From assembly GCF_900232105.1 (NCBI RefSeq), contig NZ_LT934425.1:1350001-1382000 (forward strand): a DNA stretch of 32,000 nt. Direction: 5' to 3'. Position 1 is the first letter of the stretch. Each line of letters begins with the position of its first letter. Source of the stretch: Candidatus Kuenenia stuttgartensis (lineage in GTDB: Bacteria; Planctomycetota; Brocadiia; Brocadiales; Brocadiaceae). This document shows, one piece after another, positions 8,811 through 16,838 of this stretch. The position numbers and the translations under genes were made by a program. The notes beneath the pieces were generated by a model. That model ran no database searches. It saw nothing but the letters and a program-made list of their open reading frames with translations, and was not told where the DNA came from.

Positions 8811-8838
8811 GTAGAGATGTACGGCTGTGCGTCTCTAC
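8811..8838. repeat. GTAG-headed hairpin
   Basis: gtagagatg-tacggctgtg-cgtctctac forms a 9-bp stem including one G-T pair. It sits directly next to the tail of the long-hairpin element at 8841-8980. Confidence 0.5.
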
Positions 8839-8840
8839 TC

Positions 8841-8980
8841 TATAAAACCCGGAATTCTGTAACACTTTAGTTTTTTGAAAAATTCCAATAATCGCGGTAT
8901 TTGCCCGCATAGTGTAGGGGCGAAGCATTTGCTCGTTTGGGCATGAACGCATTTATTTATAGCAAATGCTTCGCCCCTAC
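8841..8980 (-). repeat. GTAG-headed long-hairpin element, copy A (inverted 19-mers gtaggggcgaagcatttgc / gcaaatgcttcgcccctac plus ~70-nt tail)
   Basis: The arms lie at 8914-8932 and 8962-8980 around a 29-nt loop. The tail at 8841-8913 is the reverse complement of the tail of copy C (29355-29409). The right arm abuts the stop codon of the minus-strand GreA-like gene (8981). Confidence 0.85.
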
Positions 8981-11206
8981 TTATAATGCCTTTTCTATTT
9001 TTATAATATCGCAAACTATCTCGTTTTCCGGAAGTTGGATAGTGACCGTCTCACCTGTTTTTTTATTCAACAAGCCTTTTCCGATTGGCGACAGATAAGA
9101 GATAATATTTTTGTCAATATCAGCATCCCAAGGGCCCAGCAGTGTATACGTTTCCGTGGTTTCTTTGTCCTTGTTTTTAATAGTTACTTTTGTGCCTGGC
9201 GAGACGATATTCGTTTTTACGGTATACGGCTCGATAAAAACTATCTTTTGCAAGTCAGCCTTCAATCGTTCCGCCTTTTCGATCAACTGTGCCTGTTTTT
9301 CACGCGCCGCCTGATATTCTGCGTTTTCTCTGAGATCACCGCGACTGATAGCCTCTCCAAGGTCGCGCGCATTTTCAGCAAATTGAATATTCATGATGTT
9401 GTCGAGTTCCTTCTTCTGCTTTTCGTATCCATGTTTTGTAACATAGATTTTATTTTCATCCAAGGTGAGTATTTCCGGCTTTTTAATCATCTCGGGAAAA
9501 CGGTCGCGAATAACGCTTTCAATGGAAATTTTAAACCAATCTTCAATACATTTACTGCCCGAAACTACATTATACATGCTGGCTGCATTGGATTCGGTCA
9601 AATGGTTTATGGCATGATCGGTTCCTTTTTCCTCTAACAGGCCTTTGATTTTATTAAATATCGATCGGATATTTCCGTCACGTCCCTTTTGCATTTTAAA
9701 GTAAATATTATTTATCAGTTCGATTAGTTGAATGAAAAGTGTTCCGGAATTAATATTCGCATAAAGATCCGGGAAACGTCCGTAAAAATTGTTTCTGCAG
9801 AACCAGAAATAGTGTTCCGGGTATGCATTAAACTGTGAAAATATTTTTTGCGAAACACTATTTAATGAATCCTGCTTGTTCTCATTAATAAGTTCCTTAA
9901 TTATAAACTCCCAAAGATGGCTATTTTGGTCAAAAAATAAGCTGGCAAATTCATTTTGCCAATGTTCCGGGTATATTTTTTTGATTCTGTGAAGAACATG
10001 TTTTTTATACTCTAATATGCATATGTTACCGATTAGTTTTGATAAATTGTCGGAGTTTTTTATAACGGTTTCAATCATATCCTTGTAATTTGCAGGGCAT
10101 TCGTTCAGCATAATTTGCACTTGTTCGGCAAGGAGAAGGCATTCAATAACGGCGGAAGGATGTGTGTCCTTTAATTTTTCAGCTTCTTGCGTAAAGAGTG
10201 ACTTGATTTTCTGTAAGATTTCTTTGCATTTTTCAGTATTCTTTCCTCCCTCGGCGAGGTATTTTCGGGCTGACTCGATTTCTTTGTAAATTTCCCCGGA
10301 TTGAGTGAGCGTATTAATAATTTCCTGATGCGGCGTCAATGGTTTTGTCCTGATTTCCAGAAGGGCAGTGGTTGGCGAGCCTTCGGTAAACTGGAGGTAC
10401 GGGTCTTTTAGTATCAGTTTTTTCGTCTTTGTCCACCATTTGCTCCATGCGGATGGCGGCAAGAGTCCTGCAAGGAGTTGTTCTTTTATATTGTTTAACG
10501 TAGCCTTGCCATGAAAATGTTTTAAGGTAAGCCTGATCAAACCCACAGGATCTTCATCAATCATTTTGTTCAAAATGTCTTTTTGGCAATACACCATTGC
10601 CCGCAAACTATCCTTTTCCAGTTTTTGTAAAATATCAGAAGCAATCTCTAAGGCAATTCCATGGTTGTTTTTCTTCTCAAAATCAATATAAATCTTCTCT
10701 CCCTCAGGATCAAAAGAAACTACTTTGCCAACTCCCCAACTCTTATGATATACGTAATCCCCTTGTTCAAACATAAAATACTTTTCCAGCATTTTGAGAG
10801 ATGCGGCAGTCTCCGGGGATGTTTCTATACTGGATTTACTAATGAATAGGCTTGCATAGGGTTTTTCTTTGTAGATATTGGCGTAACAAGCGGCAAATTT
10901 TGGAGCAAGTCCTTTTTCCTTCGGAAAATATTTCAATATATATTTCAAAACTTCCAATAGATCATTATACGCATTTTTCTCGTTATAGTAAGATTCCAAC
11001 ATAATGAGAAAATCATGTGCAAATTTCTTTTCCTGTCTTATAAGTAAATTGATAATATGCAAGAGCGGTTTTTTGTCATCAATTTCCGATTCTACAATGC
11101 CTAGCCATTGCTCTTCAAGTTTATCGTATTGCTCTGTATTAACTAAGTGTTCCAGCTCGGTATGCTCCATAATAGTATGATTTATCGCGGAAAGTTCATT
11201 GGACAT
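8981..11206 (-). CDS. greA: Long-form GreA-family transcript cleavage factor with helical N-terminal extension and CarD/TRCF-like RNAP-interaction domain
   Basis: The C-terminal ~155 aa carry GDLRENAEYQAAREKQ plus the GreA C-terminal globular pattern (VSPGTKVTIKN...YTLLGPWDADIDKNIISYLSPIGKGLLNKKTGETV). Residues ~146-205 (QGDYVYHKSWGVGKVVSF...IYIDF) resemble the CarD_CdnL_TRCF domain. AGGAGAA lies 7 nt upstream of the ATG. Confidence 0.85.
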   Translation of the reverse strand: MSNELSAINHTIMEHTELEHLVNTEQYDKLEEQWLGIVESEIDDKKPLLHIINLLIRQEKKFAHDFLIMLESYYNEKNAYNDLLEVLKYILKYFPKEKGLAPKFAACYANIYKEKPYASLFISKSSIETSPETAASLKMLEKYFMFEQGDYVYHKSWGVGKVVSFDPEGEKIYIDFEKKNNHGIALEIASDILQKLEKDSLRAMVYCQKDILNKMIDEDPVGLIRLTLKHFHGKATLNNIKEQLLAGLLPPSAWSKWWTKTKKLILKDPYLQFTEGSPTTALLEIRTKPLTPHQEIINTLTQSGEIYKEIESARKYLAEGGKNTEKCKEILQKIKSLFTQEAEKLKDTHPSAVIECLLLAEQVQIMLNECPANYKDMIETVIKNSDNLSKLIGNICILEYKKHVLHRIKKIYPEHWQNEFASLFFDQNSHLWEFIIKELINENKQDSLNSVSQKIFSQFNAYPEHYFWFCRNNFYGRFPDLYANINSGTLFIQLIELINNIYFKMQKGRDGNIRSIFNKIKGLLEEKGTDHAINHLTESNAASMYNVVSGSKCIEDWFKISIESVIRDRFPEMIKKPEILTLDENKIYVTKHGYEKQKKELDNIMNIQFAENARDLGEAISRGDLRENAEYQAAREKQAQLIEKAERLKADLQKIVFIEPYTVKTNIVSPGTKVTIKNKDKETTETYTLLGPWDADIDKNIISYLSPIGKGLLNKKTGETVTIQLPENEIVCDIIKIEKAL

Positions 11207-11344
11207 TCTCGGTTCTCCTGGTTTACGGATTTTATTGTAAATACTCTACTTTAGTATTTCGGCAACTTTGTTTGCGACCACACCACGTGGCGGCGCGAGG
11301 CGTTTACTGATGTTGCATACCGGTAGAGCCTTATGTTTTCGGCG

Positions 11345-11359
11345 GCAAATGCTTCGCCC
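11345..11359. repeat. Solo half-site of the GTAG long-hairpin element (gcaaatgcttcgccc)
   Basis: 15-nt exact match to the right arm of copies A, B and C. No partner arm is nearby. Confidence 0.4.
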
Positions 11360-11462
11360 ATGCAGAGAAACAGCTATTCATTTACGAAAAAACGTATCCC
11401 CCCGTTTTTCGCGGGAATGATGCTTTAGTGCTTTTCGGGTGAAAGTGCTATGTATAATAATA

Positions 11463-11491
11463 TTGACAATAGACATTTAAATCAATATGTT
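11463..11491 (+). promoter_or_regulatory. Candidate sigma70-type promoter (TTGACA-17 nt-TATGTT) upstream of the glycerate kinase gene
   Basis: TTGACA at 11463-11468 and TATGTT at 11486-11491. Motif only. Confidence 0.4.
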
Positions 11492-11600
11492 ATTTTTTCT
11501 GAAAGCAAAAAAATCCGTTGATTGCCGGTAAAATGGTTTCATTAGCAGGCATTAACGCAGGGATATGTTTTGCAAAATGTATTTATTAGAGGAGACGATT

Positions 11601-12929
11601 ATGAATACCGCAGAATCATTAAGAAAAGATGCGTTGCAAATTTATTTTGCTGGTTTACATGCTGTCGAAGCCGATACATGCATACGAAAATACATGGCGG
11701 TAAAGGAGAATAGTCTAACTATTGGAGGAAAAACGTACGACCTTGGCAAATATAATAATATTTATCTTACAGGGTTTGGAAAGGTGAGCGGGTTTATGGC
11801 TGCGGCAGTGGAAAAACTGCTGGGGGATAAGATAAAAAAGGGCATTGTAAATGTTCGTTATGGTTATACTACACCTTGTAAATATGTCAAACTTAATCCC
11901 GCAGGACATCCTATTCCAGATTCTTCAGGCATTAATGGCACAAAAGAAATCATCGATATTGCAAAAGAGGCAAATGAAGATGACCTGGTGTTTTGTTTGA
12001 TTTCCGGCGGCGGATCAGCGCTGTTTGAATTGCCTTATGCAGGGATTTCCCTTGAAGAAATCAAGGAAATTACTGCTTCGTTATTGAAATGCGGCGCTAC
12101 TATTGATGAAATGAATGCCATCCGTAAACATCTTTCTCTTGTAAAGGGGGGACGTTTTGCAGGCTTGTGCAAGGCGGAGATGATATCTGTTATATTGTCA
12201 GATGTAATAAATGATCCTTTAGAAACGATCGCTTCCGGAGCGACCTCGCCGGACCCCAGTACTTTTCAGGACTGTGAATGGATATTGAACAAGTATAATT
12301 TACATCATAAGATTCCCGTTTCCATACAGCAACACATTCAAAACGGGATCCACGGCTACGTGGAAGAAACGCCGAAGCCCGGCGATAAAATATTTGACAG
12401 GGTAAGCAATATTATCATCGGCAATAATCGCACGGCACTGGCTGCGTCGAAGGAAAAAGGAGGACAACTGGGGTATAATACGCTTATTTTATCTTCCTGT
12501 ATAAAAGGCGAGGCCAGGGAAATAGCCAAGGTTTTTGGCGCAATTGCGCGGGAAATTCATGCTTCCGGCTGCCCTGCCGAGCGCCCTGCGTGTATTATCG
12601 CAGGCGGGGAGTCTACCGTAACAGTAAAAGGCAATGGTTTAGGCGGAAGGAGTCAGGAATTTTCCTTGTCTGCGGCAATAGAAATTGATGGATTAGCGGA
12701 TACCTTAATATTAAGCGCGGGAACGGATGGAATGGATGGCAACACTGAAGCCGCAGGGGCAATGGTAGATGGCACTACCATTATAAATGCAAAGAGTAAA
12801 AAATTACATCCGGAAAAATATCTTCTTAATAACGATTCATTCTCTTTTTTCAAAGAGACAAATGAGCTCATTGTTACGGGTCCTACGAAAACAAATGTGA
12901 TGGATGTTATGTTGCTGCTGGTTAAATAG
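11601..12929 (+). CDS. Glycerate 2-kinase / hydroxypyruvate reductase-like protein (DUF4147 + MOFRL family)
   Basis: GFGKVSGFMAAAVE in the N-terminal domain. The C-terminal region GGESTVTVKGNGLGGRSQEFSLSAA...SAGTDGMDGNTEAAGAMVDG is MOFRL-type. I prefer the ATG at 11601, preceded by GAGGAG at a spacing of 6 nt, over the track start at 11565. Confidence 0.85.
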   Translation: MNTAESLRKDALQIYFAGLHAVEADTCIRKYMAVKENSLTIGGKTYDLGKYNNIYLTGFGKVSGFMAAAVEKLLGDKIKKGIVNVRYGYTTPCKYVKLNPAGHPIPDSSGINGTKEIIDIAKEANEDDLVFCLISGGGSALFELPYAGISLEEIKEITASLLKCGATIDEMNAIRKHLSLVKGGRFAGLCKAEMISVILSDVINDPLETIASGATSPDPSTFQDCEWILNKYNLHHKIPVSIQQHIQNGIHGYVEETPKPGDKIFDRVSNIIIGNNRTALAASKEKGGQLGYNTLILSSCIKGEAREIAKVFGAIAREIHASGCPAERPACIIAGGESTVTVKGNGLGGRSQEFSLSAAIEIDGLADTLILSAGTDGMDGNTEAAGAMVDGTTIINAKSKKLHPEKYLLNNDSFSFFKETNELIVTGPTKTNVMDVMLLLVK

Positions 12930-13752
12930 TAAAGCAAGGATTTTCCATTTTTTGTAATAGTTCGGCCCATTCCACCTTACCCAATTATAACACTCATGGT
13001 TTAAATCAACCGTTTTCTGAAGCAACCAAAGATATCAAAAACACCATCCACACAATCTATAAAAGCTGTACATTTCCTATTATTAAATAGTTATGAAATA
13101 CTTTTTCCGACAAATATTTTTAGGCATGCTATGTGCGAATAACTTTACACATCTAAATTATTTATTATGAATACTTTGTTCATGGTGAATGTTTTTTGGA
13201 ACTAATAATACGCCGGGACCGGCTTAAAAATGTTTTAGTAAACCGTAATATTATTATTTTAATCGTAAAGCAGCATGTGTAGTCAAATGAATTGAATTTT
13301 AGAAAGGTAAGCACTCATACCGTGCTTAAAATTAAGAAATTTCGCAAGGGCAAGACTTTTCGAAAAAGGAAATTTTTTGGCTGTAATAAAGAAAATACCT
13401 GGCATTTTTGGCGGTCCCGGCCCAATTTAACCAAATTAGCCGGAAATGGTGCGTTTTTTTATTTCAATGTCGTGAAAGATTTGCGGAGCTAATATATGTG
13501 CTTTTATTCAGTTAAATTATATTGCACATTTACGGACTATTGTGTATGCCTTTTTTATTTAATTCCGACGGAATCTGTCAAAACCTTGCGGTAAATGGGG
13601 AGTTGCAAAAAGAGGGGCCGGAGTTGTGTTTTAAGGAAGCAAACCTTTTACCACGTACACGGTAATCTATATGCCTGGCAAATCTTTTTAAAAAAGCTAA
13701 ACTATTACGTTTTTTGAGAGATGAATAATTAGTACCTTAGCAGTAATTTCTT

Positions 13753-14083
13753 GTAACTATTCAGCGTAATCTATTAAACTACCGAAGCACAACTCGTTCT
13801 CAAACCTTGTACTGAACATAGTGAAGTATCTGATTGGGTACGTAATGGCACTGGAAACTACATTCGCGGGTTCAGGTTTGTAACCTGAACCAAACGTTTT
13901 ATACCTTCAATCCAGCTTTCTATTAGCAGAACAAATGACAAATAAATTCCAGATTCCAAACAGGGATTTCGGGATTTGGGCATTGGAATTTTACCGCAGT
14001 ACATGGCCCCATTATACGCATAAACTCATAGGTTCAGGCTTCGTCGTGAGCTCAAGCCGAACGGTTGCAAACCTGAACCCGCC
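13753..14083 (+). repeat. Hairpin-bearing MITE-like element, partial copy 1 (left arm, hairpin 1, core, disrupted hairpin 2; right arm missing)
   Basis: It starts with gtaactattcagcg.... Hairpin 1 is ggttcaggtt-tgt-aacctgaacc at 13869-13891. In hairpin 2 (14031-14079) the left stem is split by a 25-nt insertion (14039-14063). The core is homologous to 14387-14525. Confidence 0.85.
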
Positions 14084-14086
14084 GGG

Positions 14087-14239
14087 ATTGTTGTTGCAGG
14101 CGAGAATGTGGATAAGGTCGTAGATTGCATCAAAAAAGAGGCACAAACGGGCAGCATCGGCGGTGGGAAGATATTTATTTCCCCAATTGACGATATACAC
14201 CGTGTACGTACCGGAGAGAGCGACGAAGCGGCTATTTAG
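14087..14239 (+). pseudogene. Orphan 3' fragment (last ~50 codons) of a P-II nitrogen regulatory protein gene (GlnB/GlnK family)
   Basis: Translation is IVVAGENVDKVVDCIKKEAQTGSIGGGKIFISPIDDIHRVRTGESDEAAI*, which matches the conserved P-II C-terminus (GDGKIFV-P-----RIRTGE). There is no N-terminal half or start codon. Homology begins directly after hairpin 2 of repeat copy 1. Not in the ORF track. Confidence 0.8.
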
Positions 14240-14275
14240 CAACGGCTAGCATTTGATTTGTTGATTGTCGTAAAA

Positions 14276-14315
14276 AACAGGTGTTGAATATCTGAAGATT
14301 CAACACCTGTTTTAA
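14276..14315 (+). terminator. Rho-independent terminator downstream of the P-II fragment (A-run upstream, so possibly bidirectional)
   Basis: Perfect 14-bp stem aacaggtgttgaat / attcaacacctgtt with loop atctgaag, followed by ttaat so that the stem end plus tail reads ctgttttaat. Confidence 0.7.
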
Positions 14316-14360
14316 TAGAGTCAAACAAATCGTAATAATTTGCAACACTTTAGTCTCCCG

Positions 14361-14664
14361 GCGGGTTCAGGTTTACAACCTGAACCAAACGTTTTATACT
14401 TTCAATCCCGCCTTCTATTAGCAGGACAAATGACAAATAAATCCCATATTCAAAACATGGGTTTTGTAATTTGAGCATTGGAATTTTACCGCAGTACATA
14501 GCCCCATTATCTGCATAAACCCATGGGTTCAGGTTGTAAACCTGAACCCGCGAATGCAGTTTCCAGTGCCATTACGTACCCAATCATATACTTCACTATG
14601 TTCAGTACAAGGTTTGAGAACGAGCTGTGCTTCAGTGGTTTAATAGATTACGCAGAATAGTTAC
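14361..14664 (+). repeat. Hairpin-bearing MITE-like element, partial copy 2 (hairpin 1, core, hairpin 2, right arm; left arm missing)
   Basis: Hairpins are ggttcaggtt-tac-aacctgaacc (14364-14386) and ggttcaggtt-gta-aacctgaacc (14526-14548). The right arm (14549-14664) is homologous to 7436-7551 and ends in ...gaatagttac. Confidence 0.85.
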
Positions 14665-14770
14665 ATTTTTTATACCAGAAAATGCTTTGTTTCCCCTATA
14701 ATACTCTCAATACATTGGATGTTTCTTATCAGGAAACTCAATAGAAATTACTGATTGTTTAAATCCCCTT

Positions 14771-16420
14771 ATGTTTACTTACAACAAAGACACCTTTCTT
14801 AATATTAACAAAATCATCTTCTCCAGCCTTGATATTCGTGAAGTTTATCAGACGATGAGCAATGAACTGTCAAAAATAATTGATTTTGACAGATTAACCA
14901 TCACACTTATAACCGAGGATAATAATTTATACGAAGCATTTGTGGTTCAATCAAAAACGCATGAAGATACCTACATCAAAGAAGGCGATTTGTACCCCAT
15001 GAAAGACAGCCTCATGGAAAAGGTAGTGCAATCCCGCAAACCCGTAATAGTGGACGATACCGCCAAAAGCCAATTTGCAACGGACGTCTTTTTGTTTAAG
15101 GAGGGCATTCGATCAAGACTTGGTTTTCCGCTTGTTTACAAAGGATGCATAATGAAACATCAAAAACTGTTTCATATCGATGAGAAAAAATATCCGATCG
15201 AATTCAAAGAACGCATAATAGGCAGCATAAATTTTGGCAGCAGGCAGAAGCAACATTATTCGAAAAAGCATGTGGATTTTGTGTCAAAAATTGCACCGCA
15301 ATTAGCCATGGCAATTGAAAATACACGGCTTTTTAACAGAATCAAGGATGCGGAAGAAAAATATAGAAATGTAGTCGAAAGTTCCCCTGACATTATTTTT
15401 GAATGCACAAGCGACGGCAAATTCTTTCTGATAAATCCTTCCGTAGAAAAAATACTGGGTTACTCCGTGCATTACTTCTATGATGCGGGCAGTTCCATAC
15501 TTTCTCTATGCCACGCGGATGACCAGGGGCAGGTGCAGCGCGAAATTCTTCAGTTATTTCATGGCGAGAAGAACTCCTTGATGGATTTTGAATTTAGAGT
15601 TGTCCACAAAAAAGGCAACATTGTATGGCTGTCTCTGGAAGCAATCCCCATCAAACAGGATAATAAAATAATTGGCATCGAAGGGTTTTGCCGGGATATT
15701 ACCGATAGGAAAAAACTGGATGAGTTGAAAAACAGTTTGATCCGTGACGTTACGCATGAACTAAAAACCCCTGTTGCCAAAATGGAAATGGCAATTGACA
15801 TGTATTGGCGTTCTTTTGCAATAGAAAGTGAATCTCCAGGGGAAAAAGAACTACATCTTTACAATCTTCTTCAAAACAATGTGAGCCGTTTGAAAAACAT
15901 TATCAGAAATGTGCTCGACATATCTAGGCTGGAATCGGGAGTAGAACGTTTAAATATATCCGATTTCACCTTCGTCGAATTGGTGGACCAGGTTATCCAC
16001 GAATTAAACCCTATCGCTATACAAAAAGACAATAAAATAACACATCAAATACCTCCCGCCATTATTTTGAAAGCCGACCGGGAAAAAATGTATTATTTAC
16101 TTGTTAATCTGGTCGGAAACGCAATAAAATTTACCAGTCATGGCCGGATCGATATATCGTTCATGATAACGCCCAACGGCTTTGAAGTGTCCGTAAAAGA
16201 TACAGGAAAGGGGCTGAACGAAGAAGCAATTAAGCATGCGTTTGACAAATTTTATAAGGAAACCCCTTCCATACCAGGGTCCGGAATAGGCCTTGCAATA
16301 AGCAAAAACATTGTCGAATTACATAATGGCTGTATTTGGGCTGAATCTGGCGGCAAAGGAAAAGGGGCAAAATTTACCTTCAGATTGCCCACATGCCATC
16401 TGATGAAACAATCAACTTAG
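14771..16420 (+). CDS. Soluble sensor histidine kinase (GAF - PAS - HisKA - HATPase_c)
   Basis: H-box RDVTHELKTPV; N, G1 and G2 boxes (LVNLVGNAIKFT, VKDTGKGL, GSGIGLAISKNIVELHNG). PAS-like region SSPDIIFECTSDGKFFLINPS...VWLSLEAIP...GFCRDITDRK. N-terminal GAF-like region. No TM segments. The start codon is uncertain because no SD is present. Confidence 0.85.
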   Translation: MFTYNKDTFLNINKIIFSSLDIREVYQTMSNELSKIIDFDRLTITLITEDNNLYEAFVVQSKTHEDTYIKEGDLYPMKDSLMEKVVQSRKPVIVDDTAKSQFATDVFLFKEGIRSRLGFPLVYKGCIMKHQKLFHIDEKKYPIEFKERIIGSINFGSRQKQHYSKKHVDFVSKIAPQLAMAIENTRLFNRIKDAEEKYRNVVESSPDIIFECTSDGKFFLINPSVEKILGYSVHYFYDAGSSILSLCHADDQGQVQREILQLFHGEKNSLMDFEFRVVHKKGNIVWLSLEAIPIKQDNKIIGIEGFCRDITDRKKLDELKNSLIRDVTHELKTPVAKMEMAIDMYWRSFAIESESPGEKELHLYNLLQNNVSRLKNIIRNVLDISRLESGVERLNISDFTFVELVDQVIHELNPIAIQKDNKITHQIPPAIILKADREKMYYLLVNLVGNAIKFTSHGRIDISFMITPNGFEVSVKDTGKGLNEEAIKHAFDKFYKETPSIPGSGIGLAISKNIVELHNGCIWAESGGKGKGAKFTFRLPTCHLMKQST

Positions 16421-16450
16421 TGGTTTATCGTTTTTAAAGGAAGGTACATT

Positions 16451-16807
16451 ATGAAAGATTTATTAATTGTAGAAGACGATCCTGAAATGCAGGAATTTTA
16501 CAGGGATATGTTGAAAGGCGAACAATTCTCGGTCACGTATGTTTCAGACGGAGAAGAAGGTCTCAAAGAAATGAAGGGTAAAAAATATGACTTGGTAATA
16601 CTGGATATTCTGATGGAAAATATTACAGGCGACAGGTTGTTTTCCTTGTTAAGGAAAGACAAACATTATAAAGAGGTACCCGTGATTATGGCGTCTTCAT
16701 TAGACAAACAAGCATATCAATGCTTCCAGGCGCTGGGGAAGGTATCATTCCTGGAAAAACCATTCACAAAAGAAATGTTGATAGCCGAGATAAACAAGTA
16801 TTTATAG
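16451..16807 (+). CDS. Single-domain response regulator (CheY-like receiver)
   Basis: 118 aa with LLIVEDDPEM, the DLVILDILM phospho-acceptor Asp context, VIMASS and EKPF. AAGGAAGG lies upstream of the ATG. Confidence 0.9.
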   Translation: MKDLLIVEDDPEMQEFYRDMLKGEQFSVTYVSDGEEGLKEMKGKKYDLVILDILMENITGDRLFSLLRKDKHYKEVPVIMASSLDKQAYQCFQALGKVSFLEKPFTKEMLIAEINKYL

Positions 16808-16838
16808 CAAAAAGCCCTACTCCCGGGAAAATCCAAAA

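Noticed and set aside
13292-13492. 66-aa ORF (MNFRKVSTHTVLKIKKFRKGKTFRKRKFF...) in the long noncoding gap
   Set aside because: It has the Lys/Phe/Arg-rich low-complexity composition typical of random ORFs in AT-rich DNA, with no RBS.
14084-14360. The P-II fragment flanked by palindromes considered as an integron-type cassette with attC sites
   Set aside because: The hairpin stems (GGTTCAGGTT) do not fit the attC core (GTTRRRY / RYYYAAC). There is no integrase or attI nearby, and the passenger is a truncated gene rather than a promoterless complete ORF.
15141-15206. About 22-codon segment (CIMKHQKLFHIDEKKYPIEFKE) interrupting the GAF-like motif LVYKG...RIIGSINFG of the histidine kinase
   Set aside because: It looks like an insertion relative to typical GAF domains, but it is not repeated elsewhere in the window and has no flanking direct repeats. 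Loop insertions in GAF domains are common, so there is not enough evidence for anything beyond a lineage-specific loop.
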